Sequence record: SRR31156797_601 | DNA length: 64,000 nt | Strand: one strand, 5' to 3' | Notes under the pieces: model-generated | The model's database searches: none | The model's input: the letters and a program-made list of their open reading frames with translations, nothing else | Told to the model about the DNA's origin: nothing | Shown here: piece after piece, positions 28,515 to 38,643 of the stretch | How positions within the stretch are numbered: position 1 is the stretch's first letter | How the letters are laid out: every line of letters begins with the position of its first letter | Translations under genes and position numbers: made by a program

Positions 28515-29657
28515 ATGAAGAAAATCATAACATTACTACTTGTATTAGCACTTGTATTTTCAATGGCAGCATGCAGTAAGACAGAAGAACCAACTGAAAC
28601 AGCTGCTCCAGCAGCTGAGGAAACAACTAACGAAGCTACAGAAGATGCTCCAGCAGAAGCTGGCACAACTGATATTGCAGGCAAAACAGTTGCTTTTATT
28701 CCAAAACTAACAGGTAACTCATTCTTTGAAGCTGCTAACGACGGAGCTCAAAAGTATGCTGAAGAGTGGGGCATTAGTGTTGAATACATGGGCAGTGCAA
28801 CAGCATCTGTTACAGATCAATTAGAAGTTATCCAACAAGCTATGGACGCAGGCGTAGATGCTATCTCTATCTCATCTGTTGACGCAACAGCACTAGATGA
28901 AAAGCTTCAAGAAGCTATCGATGCTGGTATCGTTGTAACAACTTGGGACTCAGACGTATCATCATCATCACGTTCATTGATGGTATCTCAAGGTACTGCT
29001 GAAATCCTTGGTGCTATGCTAGTAGACATGGGTGTTGATGCATTGGAAAACCGCGGTGTAGATACTTCAGGTGAAGTAAAATACGTATGGCACTATTCAC
29101 AGGCTTCTGTTGCTGACCAAAACTCTTGGTATGTAGCAGGTGAAGAATATATCAAAGAAAACTATCCAAACTGGGTAGCAGTATCTGATCCATTCTATTC
29201 AGAGCAGGACTCACAAAAATCTGTTTCAATCGGTGAATCAATTCTGGATGCTTATGCTGATGTTGATTTAATCATTTGTAACGACTCTACAGCTCTTCCA
29301 GGACAAGCTCAAGCAGCTCAAAATAAAGGTTTGACAAAAGATGATATCACAATCACAGGATTCTGTACTCCTTCAGGTATGACAGCATATCTAGATGCTG
29401 GCATCGTAGAACAGTGGGGACTATGGGACTGTGGTATCCAAGGTGCTTTAGGCTGTTACTTCGCTGCATACCTAGCAGCAGGCAATGAAGTTGCTGTTGG
29501 TGATACAATTGATGTTCCAGGAATCGGAGAATGTTCAATCGTTGCTAATGACGCACTAGTAGCTGGAGATGAAACACCAGCAACAAACAGTGGTGTTGTT
29601 CTTCTACCTGAACGTGTAGTATTCACAGAAGACAATGTAGCAGACTACAACTTCTAA
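28515..29657 (+). CDS. lsrB: AI-2-binding lipoprotein LsrB
   Basis: Lipobox AAC; AFIPKLTG..FF, TWDSD, VADQNSW, GLWD, G.VLLPERVVFT..N..DYNF. Confidence 0.9.
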   Translation: MKKIITLLLVLALVFSMAACSKTEEPTETAAPAAEETTNEATEDAPAEAGTTDIAGKTVAFIPKLTGNSFFEAANDGAQKYAEEWGISVEYMGSATASVTDQLEVIQQAMDAGVDAISISSVDATALDEKLQEAIDAGIVVTTWDSDVSSSSRSLMVSQGTAEILGAMLVDMGVDALENRGVDTSGEVKYVWHYSQASVADQNSWYVAGEEYIKENYPNWVAVSDPFYSEQDSQKSVSIGESILDAYADVDLIICNDSTALPGQAQAAQNKGLTKDDITITGFCTPSGMTAYLDAGIVEQWGLWDCGIQGALGCYFAAYLAAGNEVAVGDTIDVPGIGECSIVANDALVAGDETPATNSGVVLLPERVVFTEDNVADYNF

Positions 29658-29691
29658 AATGCTTAAAAACTAAGTAGATATTACAAGTGAT

Positions 29692-29730
29692 AAAAAGCTA
29701 TCCGAAGCAGCATGCTGAGGGTAGCTTTTT
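29692..29730. terminator. Bidirectional terminator after lsrB
   Basis: AAAAAGCTA...TAGCTTTTT inverted repeat. Confidence 0.7.
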
Positions 29731-30066
29731 AATTAATAATTTTTTCTGTAACACCTATATAATAAATTGACTCGCTGCCATCTTTTCCATCAAAAAAATT
29801 ATTTGACAACACAGGTACTGATAAGCAAAACTGACACAAAAATACTCTAGACAATTGGAATGCGATAATAGTATTAAGTAAATGTGCTGTATGGAAATAA
29901 GATTCCTCAACTGGCATTCAGTGATTATTATTCAGGCATATTCAGCTGATTTTTATATTAAATGATATTGGTATAAATATGGAAATAATATAGTGATGAC
30001 AGAGTAAAATCAAAATCATTCTGTCATTACAATTATTATTCACCTTTTGACACTTTCACGATTTTG

Positions 30067-33000
30067 TTAATTTCCTATATAACCTAAAATCATTTTTATT
30101 TTTGATTGAATATTCTTATAGAAATTGTTAAATATGCACTTCATATCTGTAAACCAATTAGTATTATCTCCGGTTTTTGGATTAATTGCTTTCGTGTCCC
30201 ACCTATGCTTGAAAATTACACCATTTATTGGTCGTACTTCAAAATTACTAGTACTTCTTGGTATTTGCAATCTAAGGAAGATATATTCTGTATCATTGTT
30301 GTATGTTACATCCAATGATCCATCTGCATTTAACGTATAGGTTTCATGAATACCATATGTAAAAGTCACTGGTATTCTGCCTATTTCTTCGCCGGGACTC
30401 CATTCTGCAACTATCATATGATTACCTTCACTTGTATAGCCTAAATTGAAATATCCATCACTATTAGTAAATCCGCTCTTGGGTGTTGAATAAAGAGTAA
30501 CTTCAATATCAGGGATAGGAGTTTCATCTGTTACATAAAAAATATCTCCCTCTACCTTGATTACTCTGGCATTTGGGTCATCTGGTGTAGCTGATTGTAC
30601 TGTAACTATAACTGTTGCTGTAGATTCCCCTCCGCTAGGATCAGCTATAGTATAAGTAAATTTATCACGTCCAAAGAAATCTGTTGCTGGTGTATACGTT
30701 ATCATTCCATTTTCTATTACAACTGTACCGCCTTGTGTTGCTGTCCCACTATTAATTATTGTTAACACATCATTCTCTGGATCGGTATCATTTTCTAAAA
30801 CGTTTACTACTACTGGTGTATTTATAATTGTTACAGCTGTATCTTCATTCGCTAGTGGCAAACTGCTCCATTGTGCTGTGAGAGTTACATCTGCTGCCGG
30901 CATTGTAAAACCAATATCAGATGTTCCTGTTTTGTATGTTGCTGTATCTCCATCTATATCACTCTTCCAGCCTACAAATGTGTATCCTGTTTTTGTTGGC
31001 TCTTGTGTTGATATTGTATATACATTTCCTGATATTTCATTATTATTAGTTCTCGGTATTGTTCCGCCTGTTGCATCTGGAGCTGCATATACTACATCAT
31101 AGCCCCACTGTGCTGTTAGTATCACATCTGCTGCTGGCATTATGAAATCATTATCGCCATCGGTTTTATATATTTGATTATCTTCACTGCTTTTCCAGCC
31201 CATGAAAGTACCTTCCGATTTTATTGGTTCTACTGAAGATACCATCACTGTTTCACCATTACTATAATCTGTATTGTCGGTAGGCACAGCAATATTTTCA
31301 TCTGCTACACCATCTTCGTATGTAACTGTATATGTTGTTTCATAATTATAGAATGTAAATGTGCTGTGGTTACCATTGTAAAGTGCTTCAACACGATTAT
31401 CCGATACACGCCGTATTTCGAAGAAATTAGGAACTTCATCAGCTTGATTATCTGGCCCATAATTATATTTTAATACATAGTAGTTAGGATCATCAACAGT
31501 TACATCCAGCTGATTAAACCATCCAGCTCCACTTTTTTCTACAATACCTATTACTTCAATATTTATGCTAGGTAGAACTGGTGAAAATACTTGTGCGGAG
31601 TTAATCTGTGTAATGGTTCTTGTCTTATTCATTTCAAAATCATTAACCGTAAATCCAGCATATGGTATATTTTGAAGGTAATTCACTTCAAACCCAATCG
31701 GATTAGAGCTATATCGCCTAACATCAAATCCATTGATTTCTTCATAAACATCATCGGGATTAAGCTGTATTGTATTGCCGTTATTGGCATAAAACCCTGA
31801 AGCATTTAATATGGTTGTTTGGTTTATTGTACTGCCATTATCATCAATGCTAAACTTTGCTGTTTCAAGCATACATCTTTGGTTTTCCAAGATATCTTGT
31901 ATTTCGGCATACAGACCTGATCCGCCTAATGACAGCGGATCATCTATCATCATATAATTGTAATCTCGTATTATCTCACCTTTCGCAATACCAATAACTT
32001 CAAAAATAATTGGCTCTGGGCTTGGAGTTCGCCATACTGCATACAGTATTATATCATTTGAAGGCATTAAGAAATATAACTCATTAACGTTTGAGCTTTT
32101 TGAAGAATATTGTACTATACCATTATCTGCATCAGACTGCGATGTATTCCAACCTAAGAAGATTTCGTCATTATTTGTCATGGAACCTTGGTCCGCTACA
32201 TATACTACACTGCCAGAAGAGTAATTAGCATTAGCAGGTGCATTTATACCACCATTTGCATTGTATGTAACCTCATAATTCGTATTCACCGCATTTATGG
32301 TTAGAGTGTATGTATTTGATTCACCATATTGGTCAAAGGCTTTAAATACAAATACTGTTTGTCCTTCTGCTGTAGGAGTAAAGGAGAAATCGCTTGTTAC
32401 ATCTTCAAATGCCCCTCCTTTAACTTGTACTTGAAAAGTTAAGATATCATTGTCAGCATCTTCAAATATTGTGAATAAATCAAGTGTATATTCACTATTT
32501 GCTTCTATTTCTTTAGTTTTTGTTTCAGGTACCGATGTTTTTCTATTTGGAGGATTATTCGGTGTGAATTTCATAACTGTAGGTCCGTAACCATTGCCGA
32601 AGTCTCTGAATCCAACATACACTATTCCGTTTTCGATGAATAATGATGTGTAGTTCACTTGAACATTAGAGAAGCCAGCTACGCCCACGTTTTCCCAGTT
32701 GCCGTTAATATATTTCATCACCGTGGCTTTATCGCCATTTCCACTATCTGTATATGCAACATAGGGTACTCCATTATATACCTGTAAAGATGTGTAGCTG
32801 GCACGCCCTGCTGAAAATGCATCTGTACCTACTGTTTCCCAGCTTGTACCATCGTATTTTTTTAGGGTTGCACCAGATCCGTTTTTAGTATCTAGGTATG
32901 AAAAGTATACTGTATCCTCATCCACTACATACAGTGAAGCATAATGTATAGCTCCATCTGAAAAGGCTTCTGTGCCAACAACTATCCAGCCATTGCTATT

Positions 33001-33660
33001 ATCATACTTCATAACAGTTGCTTTACGGTCATTAGTACCATCCTGATAACCAACATATGGTGTACCATCATGGACAAATAGCTTGACTACATTTGCCTCT
33101 CCGTCGGTAAACGCTTTTTCTCCGACTAAAACCCAGCCAGAGTCTGTGTACTTTTGAACGGTTAATTTACTGCTGTTAATTGTATCTTTGTACGCCAGAT
33201 AAGGTACTTCTCCATCATCCACATACAAAGATAAATACTGAGCTCCCCATTCTGATACTACTTCGCTTCCTACTTGTTCCCAACTGCCATTTACATATTT
33301 TTTTACAGTTGCGGCATTACGGTTACCGCCAACTTTAGTTGTATAGGCAACATATGGCGTATCACCATAGACAAACAGAGAAATATTCTTTACACTAGCT
33401 GATGAGAAGCCTTCGACACCTAATGTTTGCCAACTATCATTTTCATATTTTTTAACTGTTATTTTCCTGCTCTTAGCAGTATCTGCATATGCTACATAGG
33501 GTACTGCATTACTTGAATAAAATGATGGGTAGTTCGCTGCACTTGTGGAAAATCCAGCATCACCAATTACTTCCCATGTACCATCTTCAGAAAATGCAGT
33601 GAATGGAAAAAGTAATATTAGTACTATGGTAAGGATTAAGAAAACAAATAACTTTTTCAT
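30067..33660 (-). CDS. Large secreted/surface protein: 7-repeat beta-propeller, Ig/cadherin-like, InlB B-repeats, Big_9-like domain, C-terminal NPKTG
   Basis: Signal peptide MKKLFVFLILTIVLILLFPFTAFS; seven repeats of about 48 aa; Y.VTY..NGG..., F.GW and F.MPAADV.LTAQW repeats; ANEDTA...NVLENDTDPEND.LTI...FTYTI.D. Start at ATG 33660 after GGGGGA. Confidence 0.85.
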   Translation of the reverse strand: MKKLFVFLILTIVLILLFPFTAFSEDGTWEVIGDAGFSTSAANYPSFYSSNAVPYVAYADTAKSRKITVKKYENDSWQTLGVEGFSSASVKNISLFVYGDTPYVAYTTKVGGNRNAATVKKYVNGSWEQVGSEVVSEWGAQYLSLYVDDGEVPYLAYKDTINSSKLTVQKYTDSGWVLVGEKAFTDGEANVVKLFVHDGTPYVGYQDGTNDRKATVMKYDNSNGWIVVGTEAFSDGAIHYASLYVVDEDTVYFSYLDTKNGSGATLKKYDGTSWETVGTDAFSAGRASYTSLQVYNGVPYVAYTDSGNGDKATVMKYINGNWENVGVAGFSNVQVNYTSLFIENGIVYVGFRDFGNGYGPTVMKFTPNNPPNRKTSVPETKTKEIEANSEYTLDLFTIFEDADNDILTFQVQVKGGAFEDVTSDFSFTPTAEGQTVFVFKAFDQYGESNTYTLTINAVNTNYEVTYNANGGINAPANANYSSGSVVYVADQGSMTNNDEIFLGWNTSQSDADNGIVQYSSKSSNVNELYFLMPSNDIILYAVWRTPSPEPIIFEVIGIAKGEIIRDYNYMMIDDPLSLGGSGLYAEIQDILENQRCMLETAKFSIDDNGSTINQTTILNASGFYANNGNTIQLNPDDVYEEINGFDVRRYSSNPIGFEVNYLQNIPYAGFTVNDFEMNKTRTITQINSAQVFSPVLPSINIEVIGIVEKSGAGWFNQLDVTVDDPNYYVLKYNYGPDNQADEVPNFFEIRRVSDNRVEALYNGNHSTFTFYNYETTYTVTYEDGVADENIAVPTDNTDYSNGETVMVSSVEPIKSEGTFMGWKSSEDNQIYKTDGDNDFIMPAADVILTAQWGYDVVYAAPDATGGTIPRTNNNEISGNVYTISTQEPTKTGYTFVGWKSDIDGDTATYKTGTSDIGFTMPAADVTLTAQWSSLPLANEDTAVTIINTPVVVNVLENDTDPENDVLTIINSGTATQGGTVVIENGMITYTPATDFFGRDKFTYTIADPSGGESTATVIVTVQSATPDDPNARVIKVEGDIFYVTDETPIPDIEVTLYSTPKSGFTNSDGYFNLGYTSEGNHMIVAEWSPGEEIGRIPVTFTYGIHETYTLNADGSLDVTYNNDTEYIFLRLQIPRSTSNFEVRPINGVIFKHRWDTKAINPKTGDNTNWFTDMKCIFNNFYKNIQSKIKMILGYIGN
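32566..33585 (-). repeat. Seven intragenic repeats of about 48 aa (beta-propeller blades)
   Basis: Consensus W..VG...FS.....Y.SL.V....PYVAY.D.....KATV.KY seen seven times in the translation. Confidence 0.85.
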
Positions 33661-34386
33661 AATAAAATCCCCCATATTATTTCATGGAACATATTACTAT
33701 TATCATCGATACCTATCCTGTAATCTTGAAGAATGCCTATGTGTTTCAATGCTCCGTAACCGTTGCAAAGCAGTGTTAATTGCTTTTTTCTAATTAACAA
33801 CATTATTATTGAATTACCAAATATTGATGTAAAATCAAACTTTGGAATATTAAGTGTAGTAGTTTTCATGATTCTCAAATTTTAGAATCCTTTCATAGCA
33901 TCATTATGGGTATTGCACTACGCATACAATATCGCTTTCGGGACTAATAATATTAACTTTATTCTGGTATATGATATTACATATCGCATTTAACTTGAAT
34001 CCCATTTATATTTTTTTATTGTATGAAACTATAGTGTTTGAATAATTATATATTTACCCATTATTTACCTATATTTTACCATAATTTTATCTATTTGAGT
34101 TAATTATTTTTAAAATACCTTATATTAGAACAATTAAACGTTTATTCCACATTCAACAATATTCACTTTAATTTTTGCTGCTAAAAATTAAACATTTATT
34201 ATAAACCAATAAAAAAACATACATGTCTACGTAAGCTATAAGTTTATAATGTTAAAACCAATATACAGGTACAGTCATATACTGCTATAGCGTATTTAAT
34301 TATAAGATAATAAACAAATAAAAATGAACAGGTAATAAATTAGCAGCTAATTTGAAGAGCATTCTGAATATTCTTGTAACAAACAG

Positions 34387-35298
34387 TTAAATATCAATAT
34401 TTTGATTAAAATACTGCTTACAATAGTCCGTAGGCGTCTGACCTACAATTTTTTTAAATAATCTACTGAAGTAATACTGATTATCTATTCCAACCAGGTA
34501 TGCGATTTCAGAGAATTTCATATGTGTAGCCAGCATCAGTTCCTTTGCCTTATTAATTCTAATCAAATTTAGATAAGCGAAAATAGTATGACCGGTAGTT
34601 TTTTTGAAGCATCTGTTTAAGTGGTCAAAATTCCCCTCAAATATTTCAGATATGTCTTTGCTGCTGATTTTGTTTGGATAGTTTGAGTTAAGGAATACTA
34701 ATATTTGCTGTGAAATATCAAAAGACTTATTTTTTGAGTCGATTTGCTGTATTTGAGTAGAAACAAAATCTCTGGAGATATTTATTAGCATTATCAGCAG
34801 CTCGCATGATACCTTTTCCTTATAGTTTTCCAATCTGTTTTCATAGTCATCGATTTCATCTCTAAGCATAATCTTATAGTGATTTACATTTTGCATATTC
34901 ATTTGTTTTGGCAGATAGCATGTTGAGTCATTAGCAAAAGAAGAATACAGACAATTGCTTGTTGATGCATGATATCTTCTTTCATACAGCTCTTTAACAA
35001 ACTCACTTTTTGTTTTGTTTATTTTGTTTATAGAATTATGGCTGAAATGAATGTAGAAGTACTCACAGGTTGAGCTTTTGTAGCCAAAATGCGTGGAATT
35101 TGGTTCAAAAATAAAAAAGTCATTCTTATTAAGTACATATTTTTTATCATCTTCTTGTATGTACAAAGTTCCGCTTTTTATTATATAAATAATATACTCA
35201 TCAATAGTTCTTTTAAAATGCATCCATGGTTCGGTGTAGTTTACTTCACCGATGAATCGGCATACTGGAAGTTCATTTGTTTTGATGGATAATATCAT
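34387..35298 (-). CDS. AraC-family regulator of the dextran locus
   Basis: N-terminal cupin (W.HF.R, YFYIHF); C-terminal VGIDNQYYFSRLFKK; divergent from the ABC operon. Confidence 0.92.
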   Translation of the reverse strand: MILSIKTNELPVCRFIGEVNYTEPWMHFKRTIDEYIIYIIKSGTLYIQEDDKKYVLNKNDFFIFEPNSTHFGYKSSTCEYFYIHFSHNSINKINKTKSEFVKELYERRYHASTSNCLYSSFANDSTCYLPKQMNMQNVNHYKIMLRDEIDDYENRLENYKEKVSCELLIMLINISRDFVSTQIQQIDSKNKSFDISQQILVFLNSNYPNKISSKDISEIFEGNFDHLNRCFKKTTGHTIFAYLNLIRINKAKELMLATHMKFSEIAYLVGIDNQYYFSRLFKKIVGQTPTDYCKQYFNQNIDI

Positions 35299-35496
35299 AT
35301 TTCTACCTTATATATTCAAAAAGTCGATATTGTGCAAAAGAAATCATTATTCTTCATTTTAATTTTTTCTCTGATAAATATAATTAAATCATAGATAATG
35401 CAAAAAATAAAGCATGAATACTTACAAGTGGATTTGATTTGCATATCTAATTAAATTTATAAATGGTATAATACCATTTAAATAATAGGAGGAATT

Positions 35497-36798
35497 ATGA
35501 AGAAGACCAGAGTATTATTGATTATGATTTTGGCATTCGCACTAGTTTTTGCAGGATGCACAAAGCAAGAGGTGGTTGAAGAAACTAGCGCTCCAGTAGA
35601 AGCTGAAGAAACAGAAGAAACTATAGAAGAAGCAACCCCTGAACCTGAAGAAGTTGTTGAAATCACATTTTGGCATAACTACGGTGCTGATAAAGAATCC
35701 CCTTATTTTGAAGAAGTTATTCTTCCAATGTTTGAGGAAAAATATCCTAACATAAAGGTAGAAGTAGTTGCACAAGGCAATGACCAATATAGAGATCAAA
35801 TAGTTGTCAGTGCTGGAACAGATACTGCTCCAGATGTCGCGAGACTGGATTTATCTGATGTTGCAGGTCTTGCAAAGCTCGGTGCACTATATCCTCTAGA
35901 TGATATGGAAGGATTCGCAGACTTGAAGGCTAGTGTATTTGAAGGACCAATGAGTACTAATTTGTATCAAGGAAAGTACTATGCAATGCCTCTGGATACA
36001 AACTGTAAGACAGCAGTATTTAACATGGCAACACTAGAAAAAATAGGCTTAACAGAAGTTCCTGAAACAATGGAAGAATTAATTGAAGCAAGTAAAGGTG
36101 CAGGATTCCCTACAATAAATGTATCTAGTGCTGGTGAATGGGACTTTATGCCATATTTCTGGCTGTTTGGCGGCGTGGCAACAAATGAAGAGTTCACACA
36201 AGCAACAGGTTATTTGGACAGTCAAGCAAGTATAGATGCTGTAAATAAACTAGTAGAACTGCACGATGAAGGAATATTTACAATCAAGGAAATCGACGGT
36301 TCAACAGATGCATGGGATGGAATTAAATCCGGCGAATATGCAACATTCTTTGAAGGTCCATGGTTCTTTACATTTACTGGTGACTGGAAAGAGCTGGGCT
36401 TACAGCCTGCGTTGATTCCTTCATATAATGGAAGAACAACATCTGTTGTTGGCGGTGAAAGCATCGGCGTATTCTCAACTAGTGAGCATCCAGAGGAAGC
36501 CTATAAGTTCGTTGAATTCCTGCTTTCAGAGGAAGTCCAGGTTCTGATGGGTAAAGAGATGGGACAGATGCCTGTTAATATGGCAGCAGCAGCTAATGAA
36601 GAATTGGTATCAGATGAGGTTTGGAGCGTATACCTAGAGCAGTTAAACACTGCACAAACCAGAATACCTTCACCAGATAGTCCAACAATTCAGCAGTACC
36701 TAAAGGATGCATTTGATGGAATATTAAGAGGTGAAATGACAACAGAAGACGCTTTGACAGAAGCAGCCCAGCTGATTGACTCAGTTCTTGCTCAATAA
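35497..36798 (+). CDS. Oligosaccharide (CUT1) ABC substrate-binding lipoprotein
   Basis: Lipobox FAGC, ITFWH, APDVARLD, GKYYAMP, FEGPW, GGE. Confidence 0.92.
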   Translation: MKKTRVLLIMILAFALVFAGCTKQEVVEETSAPVEAEETEETIEEATPEPEEVVEITFWHNYGADKESPYFEEVILPMFEEKYPNIKVEVVAQGNDQYRDQIVVSAGTDTAPDVARLDLSDVAGLAKLGALYPLDDMEGFADLKASVFEGPMSTNLYQGKYYAMPLDTNCKTAVFNMATLEKIGLTEVPETMEELIEASKGAGFPTINVSSAGEWDFMPYFWLFGGVATNEEFTQATGYLDSQASIDAVNKLVELHDEGIFTIKEIDGSTDAWDGIKSGEYATFFEGPWFFTFTGDWKELGLQPALIPSYNGRTTSVVGGESIGVFSTSEHPEEAYKFVEFLLSEEVQVLMGKEMGQMPVNMAAAANEELVSDEVWSVYLEQLNTAQTRIPSPDSPTIQQYLKDAFDGILRGEMTTEDALTEAAQLIDSVLAQ

Positions 36799-36818
36799 GT
36801 ACAGGTTACTAAACTTAA

Positions 36819-36852
36819 GAAGCGTAAGGGTAAAACTTTACGCTTCGCTTTT
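36819..36852 (+). terminator. Stem-loop after the SBP gene
   Basis: GAAGCGTAAGG / CTTTACGCTTC inverted repeat followed by GCTTTT. Confidence 0.65.
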
Positions 36853-36881
36853 AAATAAATTTCACAGTTGAGGAGTTAGTT

Positions 36882-37796
36882 TTGAAAATCGATAAAAAGC
36901 AAATTGAAAATACTAAAAAAGCTTTACCATTCATACTGCCAGGGTTTGTATTAGCTGCTGTTTTTATATTTTATCCAACAATCAGGAACATATATATAAG
37001 TTTTTCAGAGTATAACCTTATTCAAAGAACTATGACTTTTAAAGGGTTGGATAATTATATTGCACTAATCAAAGAACCACAGAGCAGATTTTTCTTAGCT
37101 TATAGAAACAATATTTTGTATGCATTGATTGTAACTCCTGCAACTATATTTTTGGGTCTGATATTGGCAAGCAGTATCAATTCTTTAAAAAGATTTTCTG
37201 TAACGTTCAGAACGGTATATTATCTTCCGGTTATCACATCATGGATTATTGCAGGATTGGTATTTAAGTACTTATTTAATGCAGGATTACAGGGACCAAT
37301 AAATTATGTACTGGTTGAGAAACTCCATTTGATAAAGGAACCGATTAACTGGCTAAAAAGTGAATGGGGTGGAAACTTTGCTATATGGGTACTGGGGATT
37401 TGGAAGAACGTAGGCTATGCAATGGTTTTGTATCTAGCTGCACTGCAAGGAGTTAGCAAGAGCTACTATGAAGCAGCAGCTATTGAAGGAGCTACAAAGT
37501 GGCAGTCGCTGCGATATATTACAATACCATCAATAAAACCAATAACTTACTTCTTGACAGTTCAGCTGTTAATTGGCTCATTCAATGTATTCTTGCAGGT
37601 ATTGGTGCTGACGGGCGGAGAGCCAAGAGGCAAAACAAGCAGTTTGCAGTATTTGCTATACTCAAGAACATTTGAGCTGTACAAATTCGGTGAAGGCGCA
37701 GCAATAGGAGTAATCACAGCGATTAGCATCTTGGTATTTACTATTCTTCTAAACAAAGCACTGCATCAGGACAATGTGTTTGGAGGCAATTCATAA
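36882..37796 (+). CDS. CUT1 ABC permease (MalF-type)
   Basis: FKGLDNY, YYLPVI, WKNVGY, EAA loop YEAAAIEGA. Confidence 0.92.
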   Translation: MKIDKKQIENTKKALPFILPGFVLAAVFIFYPTIRNIYISFSEYNLIQRTMTFKGLDNYIALIKEPQSRFFLAYRNNILYALIVTPATIFLGLILASSINSLKRFSVTFRTVYYLPVITSWIIAGLVFKYLFNAGLQGPINYVLVEKLHLIKEPINWLKSEWGGNFAIWVLGIWKNVGYAMVLYLAALQGVSKSYYEAAAIEGATKWQSLRYITIPSIKPITYFLTVQLLIGSFNVFLQVLVLTGGEPRGKTSSLQYLLYSRTFELYKFGEGAAIGVITAISILVFTILLNKALHQDNVFGGNS

Positions 37797-38629
37797 TGAA
37801 GATAAAACCAAGTAAAATCATTACAGTTGTATTTTTAGGATTTGGTGTATTTCTAGCAATGCTTCCATTTTTGGTTATGGTAGGGAATTCCTTTGAAGTG
37901 TTCACATTTTCTTTGCCTAGTCCACCAAGGATATTCCCAAAAGAATTTACTCTTGATAACTATAAAGAAGTAATATTTAACTATGAAATCTATAAGTATT
38001 TCGGTAATAGTCTGATGATTACCATACTTACAACATGCTTTGTAATATATGTTTCTGCACTTTCAGCATATGCATTTGCAAAGATACCATTTATCGGCAG
38101 AAAAGTATTGTTTCGTGTTTACCTATTTACTTTGATGATACCAGGTGTATTGAATATTATCCCTCAGTTTTTAACCATTAATTCAATAGGATTAATAGGA
38201 ACTAGGGTTGGATTAATTCTATTGTATGTGGGGACGGGTATTTGTGGTAATACATTCTTTCTGAAAGGATTCTTTCAGCAGATACAGAATGAATTACTGG
38301 AGTCTGTGGTAATTGATGGTGGTAATCATTTTACTATTTTTAGCAAAATTATCGTGCCCCTAGCCAAGCCTGCACTGGCAACGCTCGCAGTATTGACATT
38401 TTTAGGCACTTGGGATGATTTTTTTACTGCGAAAATCATACTAGCGTCCAATCAGAAAGTTCTGACTTTACCGATTATAATACATAAAATAAATGGGCAG
38501 CATGCAACGAAATTTGGTTTGGTATTTGCAGCATCAATTATTACTTTAATCCCTGTAATCACCATGTATATTATAGCCCAAAAGTATTTTATAGTTGGAG
38601 GTCTTACAGAAGGAGCAGTCAAAGAATAA
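37796..38629 (+). CDS. CUT1 ABC permease (MalG-type)
   Basis: TLDNY, AYAFAK, ELLESVVIDG, PLAKP, GAVKE. Confidence 0.92.
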   Translation: MKIKPSKIITVVFLGFGVFLAMLPFLVMVGNSFEVFTFSLPSPPRIFPKEFTLDNYKEVIFNYEIYKYFGNSLMITILTTCFVIYVSALSAYAFAKIPFIGRKVLFRVYLFTLMIPGVLNIIPQFLTINSIGLIGTRVGLILLYVGTGICGNTFFLKGFFQQIQNELLESVVIDGGNHFTIFSKIIVPLAKPALATLAVLTFLGTWDDFFTAKIILASNQKVLTLPIIIHKINGQHATKFGLVFAASIITLIPVITMYIIAQKYFIVGGLTEGAVKE

Positions 38630-38643
38630 TTTGAGGGGAAAAT

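Noticed and set aside
29729-29917. 62-aa ORF downstream of the surface protein
   Set aside because: No RBS or motif; it cannot be distinguished from a chance ORF.
34223-34240. ATGTCTACGTAAG resembling the LacI operator at 45012
   Set aside because: Only the left half matches, and it is not near a relevant promoter.
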